A DNA stretch of 34,128 nucleotides from Candidatus Omnitrophica bacterium 4484_171 (GTDB taxonomy: Bacteria; Omnitrophota; Gorgyraeia; Duberdicusellales; 4484-171): assembly GCA_002049895.1 (NCBI GenBank), contig MVCW01000001.1:1-34128 (forward strand), given 5' to 3'. The position numbers and the translations under genes were made by a program. The stretch's first letter is position 1; each line of letters opens with the position of its first letter. Shown here piece by piece: positions 1 to 7,395 of this stretch. Under the pieces are notes generated by a model, which was not told where the DNA came from, did no database searches, and saw only the letters and a program-made list of their open reading frames with translations.

Positions 1-330
1 ATAAGCAGGTGGAAGCAAGAACTTCTTAAGCGGGCAGGAGAATTATTTAGTAAACCCCGTCAGAGAAAACCGCTGACAGTGCAAATTGTTGGAAAATGAA
101 ATTCCCTAACGGGGTGAATTGAAGCGGAGCTGCCTTGTTACAGGGGGCCGGATCAGAGTAAACCCTGGGCAGGTGTTTTACATAAGCCGGCCCGGTTAAG
201 ACAGTTGTCATAGGAGTGTAATTAAAATATGGCTGCTCAGTTAACGGGTATAACAAAGGCCCGGAGAAATCAACGCTCTGGACCATTACGAGTCAAGGAT
301 GAACCCTAAATTTTAGGCAGGGTAAGCGGA
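1..330 (+). mobile_element. Possible decayed IS3-family transposase relic (no intact ORF)
   Basis: Frame 1 from nt 1 reads ISRWKQELLKRAGELFSKPRQRKP, then a stop. This resembles the W-K-x-x-LL-x-x-A-x-ELFS stretch of IS3-family OrfA (HTH_Tnp_1) proteins. Around 225-320 a reading YNK / RPGEINALDHY, split over two frames, resembles the YN-x-x-RPH-x-AL tail of DDE transposases. Stops occur in all frames. Part of this stretch is also a repeat found at 22650-22693, so the similarity could be coincidental. Confidence 0.25.
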
Positions 331-549
331 CGGCTTTAACCTTAACTTTTTAAGGCCGCTAAAAAACTACCTGCTAAAACTTGAAAGTTCTCAGTATATA
401 AGCGCAAAAACCCTCCCATTAAGTTTTTTGGCGAGTGGCTGCATAAGGAAGGCCTTTCAGCAAAGAAAGTAAAAGTTGCCATAAAAGGCAATAATACTCT
501 CATAAGATATACTCCTTTTCCCAAGGTTGACAAAAAGACCTTAAAGGAA

Positions 550-1272
550 GTGTTTGGATACGAAATATCAAAATATATCCCTTTTAAGGCAGAAGATATT
601 TATTTCGATGTCGCTGTGTTAGATGAAAATTATTCTGCTAAGGAGTTTTTTCTTCTTGTTGCCGCGGCAAAGAAATCATATGTCGATTCTTTAATCAATG
701 AGTTTCAACAAGAGAAGATTAACATCGATACAATCACGTTAAATAATATAGCGTTAATCAATTTGTACCTTAACTCCAAAGATACCGAGTCCAATATAGC
801 TACCTTAGATATAGGCGCATCGTCAACCCTTCTTAACTTATTCAAAAAAGGCACTCCCTCGCTAAGCAGAGAGATAAAAATATCCGCCGGCGAGTTCTCC
901 GCAAGACTCATTAAACTAAAAGATATAAACGAAGAAGAAGCCGAACATATAATTACCAGCCTTGATGAGGCAAGAGAAACGACCGAAGTGCAGGAAATAA
1001 TAGAGATTATAGAGGAAATAGGCCTTGAGCTCGCTGAAGAAATAAAGAATTCTCTTGATTATTTCGAGGTTAATTCCGGAGAGAGGGTGCAAAAAATATT
1101 GCTTACAGGCGGTCTGTCCAAAGTAAAAGGTTTTAATAAGATTATTGAGAATTCTTTGGGGGTAGACGTCGAACTTTGGAATCCTTATCTTTATGCTTCT
1201 CATTATAATGTGAATGATTCTATAAAGAACTATAAAGAATTTCTGGCTGTAGTATTAGGCATGAGCTTATAG
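550..1272 (+). CDS. pilM: Type IV pilus assembly protein PilM (actin-like fold), apparently 5'-truncated
   Basis: PilM hallmarks are present: IATLDIGASSTLLNLFKKG (second actin-fold phosphate loop) and ILLTGGLSKVKGF near the C-terminus. The frame stays open and PilM-like back to nt 385 (KFFGEWLHKEGLSAKKVKVAIKGNNTLIRYTPFPKVDKKTLKEV). There is no ATG, GTG or TTG before the GTG at 550, and a TGA sits at 382-384. The N-terminal ~55-60 aa, which carry the first G-x-DIG loop, are missing. Confidence 0.8.
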   Translation: MFGYEISKYIPFKAEDIYFDVAVLDENYSAKEFFLLVAAAKKSYVDSLINEFQQEKINIDTITLNNIALINLYLNSKDTESNIATLDIGASSTLLNLFKKGTPSLSREIKISAGEFSARLIKLKDINEEEAEHIITSLDEARETTEVQEIIEIIEEIGLELAEEIKNSLDYFEVNSGERVQKILLTGGLSKVKGFNKIIENSLGVDVELWNPYLYASHYNVNDSIKNYKEFLAVVLGMSL

Positions 1273-1311
1273 ATTAGTACGGTATTTTACCGGAGTATAC
1301 TAAAAGAATTT

Positions 1312-1875
1312 ATGAAGAAAGTAGAGATAAACCTTTATCCATACCAGCCTAAAGAGGGCAATAAGTATATTAAGATAATAGAGAGATATACTCCCTTTGC
1401 ATTATTGGCAGCATTAGGGCTTATAGCTATCAACTTAATTCTTTTTTCTATTACGGCTTCAATGTCTTTTCCTTACCATAAGTTTAATTCTGAGTGGAAG
1501 CAGCTTCAGCCTAAAATAGGGAAAATAGAGGAGCTTAAGAAGGAGTTGAGTTCCCTTGCCGCGAAAAAGAAAGAGTACCGTAATGTTTTGAAATACAAAA
1601 TGAATATATCGCATGTTTTCGCCGATATCTACGCTTCTTTGCCCAAGAATATATGGCTTGGGAAAACCCGTTTTGATGAGGATACGATTTACATTAGCGG
1701 TTATGCCGTTACATGGAAAGATTCACCTTTGGTTTCTATAGATATATTTACAAGGAAATTGAGAAAAGCGAAATATTTTTCTAGTATTTTCCATAAAGTT
1801 AATCTTAAGAGTTCTAGAAGAACTATTTTTAACACCAGAGAAGTAATGAGGTTTGAGATAGAATGCAGAATATAA
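1312..1875 (+). CDS. pilN: Type IV pilus assembly protein PilN
   Basis: N-terminal EINLYP matches the PilN INLLP-type motif. One TM helix (FALLAALGLIAINLILF) is followed by a coiled coil and an alpha/beta domain (LPKNIWLGKTRF...IYISGYA). It lies directly after pilM. Confidence 0.7.
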   Translation: MKKVEINLYPYQPKEGNKYIKIIERYTPFALLAALGLIAINLILFSITASMSFPYHKFNSEWKQLQPKIGKIEELKKELSSLAAKKKEYRNVLKYKMNISHVFADIYASLPKNIWLGKTRFDEDTIYISGYAVTWKDSPLVSIDIFTRKLRKAKYFSSIFHKVNLKSSRRTIFNTREVMRFEIECRI

Positions 1876-2402
1876 AATTAAACAAAAAGGAAGTTATATC
1901 TCTGGTTATTTATGGAGTTTGTCTTATAGAAATATTTCTCATAATTCCGGTTCAAGTTAAGAATTTCTCTTCATTGCACCATAAGACAAGCGTTTTAAAG
2001 AAGAAAATAACCCAGGCGAAGAAAGATTTGTTATCAAAAGATGAATTTGCTAATAATAGGGAGAAGATGAAATTAGATATTATAGATTTAGAAAGTTCGC
2101 TTGCTACTTCACAGGATATCTCGGCTGTTCTGGCTTTTATATCCCGAAAAGCAAAGGAAAATGCTGTTGATATACTCGAGGTTACGCAGTCCCGCCCTAA
2201 ACTTTACAAGAAGATAGCAGGAATGAAGGTGTACTCGCTTCCCATTACAGTAAGGGCCAAAGCAGGATTTCATAATTTATGTCAATGCCTTAATGCTTTT
2301 CAGGGCGGGTTTTATTTCCTTAAGATAGACAGCCTTTCTATAAAAGGGAACAGTCCATATCACGAAGTAAAATTTGTTGTAACAGCTTTGTTTAAAGAGT
2401 AG
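1863..2402 (+). CDS. pilO: Type IV pilus assembly protein PilO
   Basis: It has one N-terminal TM helix, a coiled coil and a C-terminal region (YSLPITVRAKAGFHNLCQCLNAF...LKIDSLSI) typical of PilO. It overlaps the pilN stop by 13 nt and sits in the pilMNOPQ order. Confidence 0.65.
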   Translation: MQNIKLNKKEVISLVIYGVCLIEIFLIIPVQVKNFSSLHHKTSVLKKKITQAKKDLLSKDEFANNREKMKLDIIDLESSLATSQDISAVLAFISRKAKENAVDILEVTQSRPKLYKKIAGMKVYSLPITVRAKAGFHNLCQCLNAFQGGFYFLKIDSLSIKGNSPYHEVKFVVTALFKE

Positions 2403-2405
2403 ATT

Positions 2406-2768
2406 ATGGTAAGGTATAGAGAAAGAAAGGGCGTAAAGATATCGGCATTCTTGGTTTTATTCAGTGTAGTTACGTTTTCCACACAAGCCAAGGGATACAA
2501 ATATCCCTACAGTTCTTTTAAAGAAAGAGACCCTTTCAAGCCTCTTATAAATAAAAGAGGAGATATCCTTATAAGAGAAAAGAAAGGAATAGGTGATTTC
2601 GTCCTGCAGGGCATTATGTGCTCTCCCAAGGAAAGCCAGGTAATAATTAACAATGAGGTGTTTAAGGAAGGTGATATAGTCGAAGGATATAGAATAAAGA
2701 AAATAGATGTTTATAAGGTTATATTTGAGAAAAAGGGGGAGGAGTTTATTTTAAAATGGGGGGGATAA
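2406..2768 (+). CDS. PilP-position periplasmic protein with GspB/T2SSB-like C-terminal domain
   Basis: A signal peptide without a lipobox Cys is followed by the RDPFKPL motif typical of PilP. The last ~55 aa align with the C-terminus of ORF 5210..5626 (VLxGI...INxxVxxEGxxxxGxRxxKI). Confidence 0.6.
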   Translation: MVRYRERKGVKISAFLVLFSVVTFSTQAKGYKYPYSSFKERDPFKPLINKRGDILIREKKGIGDFVLQGIMCSPKESQVIINNEVFKEGDIVEGYRIKKIDVYKVIFEKKGEEFILKWGG

Positions 2769-4225
2769 TGAGAGTAAAAAGTCACAAGGTCACAAAGTCA
2801 CAAGGTCACCCCGTGAGTCCTTCGGGCAGCGGGGCAGGCAAAGCCACAAGGTCACCCCGTGAGTCCTTCGGGCAGCGGGGCAGGCAAGGTTACAAGCTGA
2901 TTACAATATTTTTGCTATTATTTGCTTTTTGCTTGGTTTATACGGCCGGTTTTGCTCAGGAAGCAGGGGTTATCGAGACGCTTAAGTTCAAAGACGCAGA
3001 TATCAGAGTAGTTTTACAGGCCATTACCCAGAAGGCAATAAAAGACGGTAAACATGTAAATATCATTTTAGGCGCGGATATCAAAGGGCTTGTTACTGTG
3101 GATTTGGAAAATGTTGATTGGGAAACGGCGCTTAAGGCGGTGCTTAAAACCTATGATTACGGCTATGAGTGGATAGGTAATAATATAATTCTTGTTGATA
3201 CACTGGATAATTTAGCAAGTAAACGAAAGAAAACAGAAGAAGCAAGGGTGGCTGAACCTCTGGATACAAAAGTTTTTGTTTTAAATTTTGCCAAGGTCGC
3301 TGATGTGCAAGGCGCGATACGCAGGGCTCTTACCCCCCGCGGAAGACTCACTTTTGACGCAAGGACAAATACTATCGTTATCACTGATGCTCAGTCAAAC
3401 CTTGTGGCTCTTGAGAAAATAGTTAAGGCACTGGATACAATTACTCCTCAGGTCTTAATTGAAGCCAAGATTATAGAGACTGATTTAGGAGTTACTGATA
3501 AGTTAGGGATAAACTGGAATATTCAGGCTTCTGCCGCAGGCAGCAAGCGTCCCATGACCTGGCCTACTACCGGCCACTCTGACAACAAATATTTAAAATC
3601 AAGCACACTTGACTTTCCCACGCCCGGCAGTACTTTGTTTACTTTCGGCACACTAGATGCTTCGAGTTTATCGGCAACATTGGATGCTATACTTACCGAT
3701 ACTCACACGAAAATATTGTCTATGCCGAAAATTACCACGATGGATAATAATACGGCGACGATAGATGTTATTACAGAAGACCCTGTGCCTGATTATACCT
3801 ATAATTCTGATACCGGTGCTTGGGAGATAAATGGTTATGACTGGAAAAAGTACGGGGTGACTTTAGAAGTTACTCCTCAGATAAATAAAGAGGGTTTTGT
3901 CACTTTGACTGTAAAGCCCAAGGTTAGTGAGAAGGTGGATGATAAGATCTTTACCAGTTCCGGAGGGACAACGGCTACCGTCCCCATACTCAATACGCAA
4001 ACTACTTCAACAAAAGTTATGATAAAGGATGGGGAGACCCTTGTTATTGCCGGTCTTATCAGAGATAAAGTAATAAATGTTACCAATAAGGTTCCTTTGT
4101 TGGGAGACATACCCGTTTTAGGGTATTTATTCAGACACAAGAATAAGACAACAGAGAAAAAGAATCTTATGATTTTTATTACTCCCAGGATTGTTACGCC
4201 TAAATTGGAGTCCGCTGAAAAATGA
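2768..4225 (+). CDS. pilQ: Type IV pilus secretin PilQ
   Basis: The C-terminal secretin signature is VPLLGDIPVLGYLFRHKNKTTEKKNLMIFITPRIV. N0/N1-like modules are present (DADIRVVLQAI..., KVFVLNFAKVADV...TNTIVITD, LIEAKIIE). The ATG at 2768 overlaps the upstream stop (TAATG). An alternative in-frame ATG lies at 2756. Confidence 0.9.
   Translation: MRVKSHKVTKSQGHPVSPSGSGAGKATRSPRESFGQRGRQGYKLITIFLLLFAFCLVYTAGFAQEAGVIETLKFKDADIRVVLQAITQKAIKDGKHVNIILGADIKGLVTVDLENVDWETALKAVLKTYDYGYEWIGNNIILVDTLDNLASKRKKTEEARVAEPLDTKVFVLNFAKVADVQGAIRRALTPRGRLTFDARTNTIVITDAQSNLVALEKIVKALDTITPQVLIEAKIIETDLGVTDKLGINWNIQASAAGSKRPMTWPTTGHSDNKYLKSSTLDFPTPGSTLFTFGTLDASSLSATLDAILTDTHTKILSMPKITTMDNNTATIDVITEDPVPDYTYNSDTGAWEINGYDWKKYGVTLEVTPQINKEGFVTLTVKPKVSEKVDDKIFTSSGGTTATVPILNTQTTSTKVMIKDGETLVIAGLIRDKVINVTNKVPLLGDIPVLGYLFRHKNKTTEKKNLMIFITPRIVTPKLESAEK
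2781..2887. repeat. Tandem nucleotide repeats inside the 5' end of pilQ: 3.5 copies of the 8-mer GTCACAAR, then two exact 43-nt copies with a 46-nt period
   Basis: GTCACAAG, GTCACAAA, GTCACAAG and GTCACCCC lie at 2781-2812. The unit cacaaggtcaccccgtgagtccttcgggcagcggggcaggcaa occurs identically at 2799-2841 and 2845-2887. It contains a ccccg...cgggg stem around a c(ttcg)g tetraloop. Confidence 0.95.
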
Positions 4226-4231
4226 ATATTT

Positions 4232-4400
4232 ACGCTTCGCGTCAACACAGATGGACACAGAAAGGATAAATCCCGTGAGCCTTGCGGACAACGGGGCAGG
4301 TAGATGACCGCAGATAATAAAATGTGACATTGGCAATTAGCATTTTAAAATAATAATATATCTGTGCAGTTCTGTTATAAATCTGCGCTAATCTGTGGTA
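4232..4400. repeat. Composite intergenic repeat: hairpin acgcttcgcgt, CRCAGAT words, a REP-like hairpin and inverted ATCTGYG words
   Basis: Forward words are CACAGAT (4246), CACAGAA (4256) and CGCAGAT (4309). Their reverse complements are ATCTGTG (4360), ATCTGCG (4381) and ATCTGTG (4391). Positions 4271-4300 (tcccgtgagccttgcggacaacggggcagg) are a third copy of the hairpin found twice at 2808-2887. Positions 4232-4262 align with 8892-8921 at about 24 of 31 nt. Confidence 0.8.
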
Positions 4401-4415
4401 TAGACAAGTGAAACC

Positions 4416-5213
4416 ATGTACTACGATTTTTACGGCATAAAACATTCCCCTTTTAATATTACCTCCAATCCTGATTTTTTCTTTGAAAGCACATCTCATC
4501 GGGAAGCTCTTGCTACCCTTTTGTATGGGATAAAAGAGAAAAAAGGCATAATTTTAATTACAGGCGAAGTCGGAACAGGCAAAACTACTCTTTGTAAGAC
4601 TTTACTTGGACGTCTGCCCCGCAGTGTTAAGACGTCTTTGATTCTTAATCCATATTTTAGCCAGGTCCAGCTGCTGCAGGCCATAGCTGATGATTTTGGG
4701 TTATCCCTGCCTGCAAAGAATAAGCTTAGTATCGTTAAGGAACTTAATTCTTTTCTTTTAAACCTTGGCAGAGATAATTCAACGGCGGCGGTTATTATTG
4801 ATGAAGCTCAGGATTTGACGCCGCGTCAGCTTGAGCAGGTGCGTCTTCTTTCCAATCTTGAGACTTCCTACAACAAACTCCTTCAGATTATTCTTGTGGG
4901 ACAGCCGGAGCTTAAGTATAAACTCAACCATCCCAATTTGCGCCAGATACGCCAGCGCATATTTGTTAAATGCGAGCTTTCTTCTTTAAAAAACGGTGAA
5001 GTTAAAGATTACATATATTTTCGGCTTAATAAAGCGGGAATCAAAGATGTGGATATACCGCAGGAAAGTTTCAGCCTTATATGTGACTTCTCGCGCGGCA
5101 TACCGCGCCTGATTAATATGCTCTGTGACAGGGCTTTGCTTGGTGGTTTTGTAAGGGGGAAGAAAGTATTGGATCAGGAGATATTCAAGGCCTGCATAGA
5201 GGAATTAAAATGA
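4416..5213 (+). CDS. ExeA/GspA-like AAA+ ATPase (secretin-assembly type), no peptidoglycan-binding domain
   Basis: Walker A is GEVGTGKT and Walker B is AAVIIDEAQ. The ExeA-type N-terminus is YYDFYGIKHSPF. At 265 aa it contains the ATPase module only. Confidence 0.8.
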   Translation: MYYDFYGIKHSPFNITSNPDFFFESTSHREALATLLYGIKEKKGIILITGEVGTGKTTLCKTLLGRLPRSVKTSLILNPYFSQVQLLQAIADDFGLSLPAKNKLSIVKELNSFLLNLGRDNSTAAVIIDEAQDLTPRQLEQVRLLSNLETSYNKLLQIILVGQPELKYKLNHPNLRQIRQRIFVKCELSSLKNGEVKDYIYFRLNKAGIKDVDIPQESFSLICDFSRGIPRLINMLCDRALLGGFVRGKKVLDQEIFKACIEELK

Positions 5214-5626
5214 GCATTATTTACGATGCCCTAAATAAGGCAGAGAAAGAGAATAATAACATACATAATAAGCAAAGCCCGAAACCGAACAGGCGCTTTA
5301 TAATTACAGGTATAGCGGTTTTAATTATTATCTTAATATTAAGCGTTATTTTTCTTAATAATAAAAAAGTCCATGTTTCACAGATAAAGAGTCGTCGGGA
5401 AACAGTTAGAAGGCATGTTAAGTTTGTAGAGAAAAAATACTCTCCGGGCAGTTTAGTTTTAGAGGGAATTATCTATGATAAGGGGGTACCTACAGCAGTA
5501 ATTAATGGTAAGGTTCTTGCTGAAGGCGGTAAAATATCAGGGTTTAGGGTGGATAAAATCAGTAAAGACAGTGTACAATTATTTGATTCTCAAGATGATA
5601 GAAAAATAACCCTTTCGTTTCAATAA
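5210..5626 (+). CDS. GspB/ExeB-like membrane protein
   Basis: The N-terminus MSIIYDALNKAEKE matches the GspB-type start. One TM helix (FIITGIAVLIIILILSVIFL) is followed by a C-terminal beta domain. The start overlaps the exeA-like stop (ATGA). Confidence 0.6.
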   Translation: MSIIYDALNKAEKENNNIHNKQSPKPNRRFIITGIAVLIIILILSVIFLNNKKVHVSQIKSRRETVRRHVKFVEKKYSPGSLVLEGIIYDKGVPTAVINGKVLAEGGKISGFRVDKISKDSVQLFDSQDDRKITLSFQ

Positions 5627-5662
5627 CCCAATTATTATTTTAAAAATTAATTAAAAAATTAT

Positions 5663-5689
5663 TGACTTTTTAACAGAAGATAGTAAAAT
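5663..5689 (+). promoter_or_regulatory. Putative sigma70-type promoter for the acyl-CoA ligase operon
   Basis: TTGACT (5663-5668) and TAAAAT (5684-5689) lie in an AT-rich 190-nt gap. The 15-nt spacer is short, so this call is weak. Confidence 0.3.
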
Positions 5690-5710
5690 TTTACTAATTA
5701 AATTTTACCA

Positions 5711-5727
5711 ATATTCTTTTAGAATAT
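5711..5727. promoter_or_regulatory. 17-bp perfect palindrome (candidate operator)
   Basis: ATATTCT-ttt-AGAATAT lies about 22 nt downstream of the putative -10. Confidence 0.35.
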
Positions 5728-5818
5728 AGTTTCGGGCCTATTGTAAGATGCCTGCTTTACAATAAAGCGGGCGAGAGTCTTTTATGCATATTCCAAGTGA
5801 GGCGGATGGTTTAAGGTT

Positions 5819-7324
5819 ATGGATATAAAGGCATTATTAAATAAACAGGCTTTAAATTTTGCCGATAAACCCGCGGTTGTTTTCAGAGGGCGAAGCATAA
5901 ATTTTCAACAGTTAAAAGACGCCTCTTTTGCCCTAGCTAATTACCTGCTCAAGGCTGGTGTACAAAAAGGAGACAGGGTAGCAGTTTTTTCTCCCAACAC
6001 GCCGGCGGCATTGGTAAGTATCGTTGGTATCTTTGGTGTCGCTGCTACTTTAGTGCCATTAGATTTTATGCTGTCTCAGGAAGAAATTATTGATTTTATC
6101 AATCATAGCAAGGCCAAAACCCTATTCGCGCATTTCCGCAGGGGCATAAATTTATCACAGGTCAAGAAACACTGTCCTTCGCTAAAGAAGGTTATTGTTT
6201 GGGGCAAGAAAACCGATTCATTTTCTTACTGGGATGATATGGTTGGAAAATATGAACATAACGAGCCTCCGTCCCGGATAGACAATAGTGATTTGGCCGT
6301 TATACTTTATACGTCAGGTTCCACCGGCCACCCCAAAGGGGTTATGCTTACTTTCGGCCATCTCGATAATCCTATAAAAGCTATAGAGTACTGCTTGGAA
6401 ATGTCAAAAGAGGATGTTTTATTATGTCCGGGCATTCCGTTTTCTCACATTGGCGGTCTGGATTATATTTTTCTGATGCTTCATTTTTCTTCAAGTCTGG
6501 TTCTTATGGAAAGATTCCAGCCATACAAATTTCTAAAGAATATTCAGGAATATAAGGCAACTTTATTCTGGATTGTACCTGCGATGTATGTGGCAATATT
6601 ATCTTTAAAGGATTCCGATAAGTTCGACCTATCTTCTTTAAGACACGCGGTTGTTTTTGGCGCGCCCTCATCGCCTGTTCTTCTAAAGAAATTCCATAAA
6701 ATGTGTCCCAACGCATATTTGCTTAACGGGTGGGGAATGACCGAGACATCTGCCCCCAATGCGGTTTTGCCCTTAGGCTCAAAGAGGATTGAAAGTGTAG
6801 GAAAATTTGTTCCCTGGATGAAGGCAGAAATTGTCGATGAAGATGGTAATAAATTAGGCCCTGGCCAGAAAGGAGAGTTACGGGTTAAAGGGGAAGGGGT
6901 AATGCTTGGATATTACAAGGAGCCGCAGTTAACAGCCGCGGTTTTGGCTAAAGATGGCTGGCTTAAGACAGGAGATATTGCTTATTATGATGAAGATAAC
7001 CTTTTTTATATTGTAGGAAGAATTAAAGATATGATTAAAGTTGGCGGAGAAATTGTTTTTTCTACAGAAGTTGAAGAAAAGATACATCGTCACTCTAAGG
7101 TTAAGGAGGCAGCGGTTGTGGGCGTTACTGATAAGTTAAGGGGAGAGGTGCCTAAGGCGTTTATTGTGGTTAAGGAAACAGAGAGCTTAACGGAAAAAGA
7201 ACTTAAAGAATTTCTAAAGAAGTCCCTCGCTCATTTTAAAATGCCTCATTACTTTGAGTTTGTTGATGAATTGCCTAAAACGAGAACGGGGAAAATTGAT
7301 AAAAAGAAATTAAAAGATTATTAA
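5819..7324 (+). CDS. Acyl-CoA synthetase / AMP-dependent ligase
   Basis: Adenylate-forming motifs are present: ILYTSGSTGHPKGV, GWGMTETS, TGDIAYYDEDNLFYIVGRIKDMIK and the C-terminal PKTRTGKIDKKKL. Confidence 0.88.
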   Translation: MDIKALLNKQALNFADKPAVVFRGRSINFQQLKDASFALANYLLKAGVQKGDRVAVFSPNTPAALVSIVGIFGVAATLVPLDFMLSQEEIIDFINHSKAKTLFAHFRRGINLSQVKKHCPSLKKVIVWGKKTDSFSYWDDMVGKYEHNEPPSRIDNSDLAVILYTSGSTGHPKGVMLTFGHLDNPIKAIEYCLEMSKEDVLLCPGIPFSHIGGLDYIFLMLHFSSSLVLMERFQPYKFLKNIQEYKATLFWIVPAMYVAILSLKDSDKFDLSSLRHAVVFGAPSSPVLLKKFHKMCPNAYLLNGWGMTETSAPNAVLPLGSKRIESVGKFVPWMKAEIVDEDGNKLGPGQKGELRVKGEGVMLGYYKEPQLTAAVLAKDGWLKTGDIAYYDEDNLFYIVGRIKDMIKVGGEIVFSTEVEEKIHRHSKVKEAAVVGVTDKLRGEVPKAFIVVKETESLTEKELKEFLKKSLAHFKMPHYFEFVDELPKTRTGKIDKKKLKDY

Positions 7325-7395
7325 CTAGCTCGTAGTTAATAGTGAGATATCGGAAGATGCAGGTCATCAAGAGCTAAAAATATGGAGGTGTAGCA

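Noticed and set aside
1-340. The GC-richer, hairpin-rich non-coding stretch could be RNase P RNA, tmRNA, SRP RNA or a cobalamin riboswitch.
   Set aside because: None of the universal motifs is present on either strand. Missing are GGAAAGTCCGG and ACAGAAC-type P4 strands, a tRNA-like CCA end with a T-loop, the SRP GGAAGCAGCC core and a B12 box. Parts of the stretch are copies of repeats seen elsewhere in the window.
47-533. Minus-strand ORFs 47..286 (79 aa) and 342..533 (63 aa).
   Set aside because: They show no recognisable family features. The second lies antisense to clearly PilM-like coding sequence, and the first runs through repeat hairpins.
2799-2887. The direct repeats could be a CRISPR array.
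   Set aside because: There are only two copies, separated by 3 nt with no spacers. They lie inside an ORF, and no cas genes are in the window.
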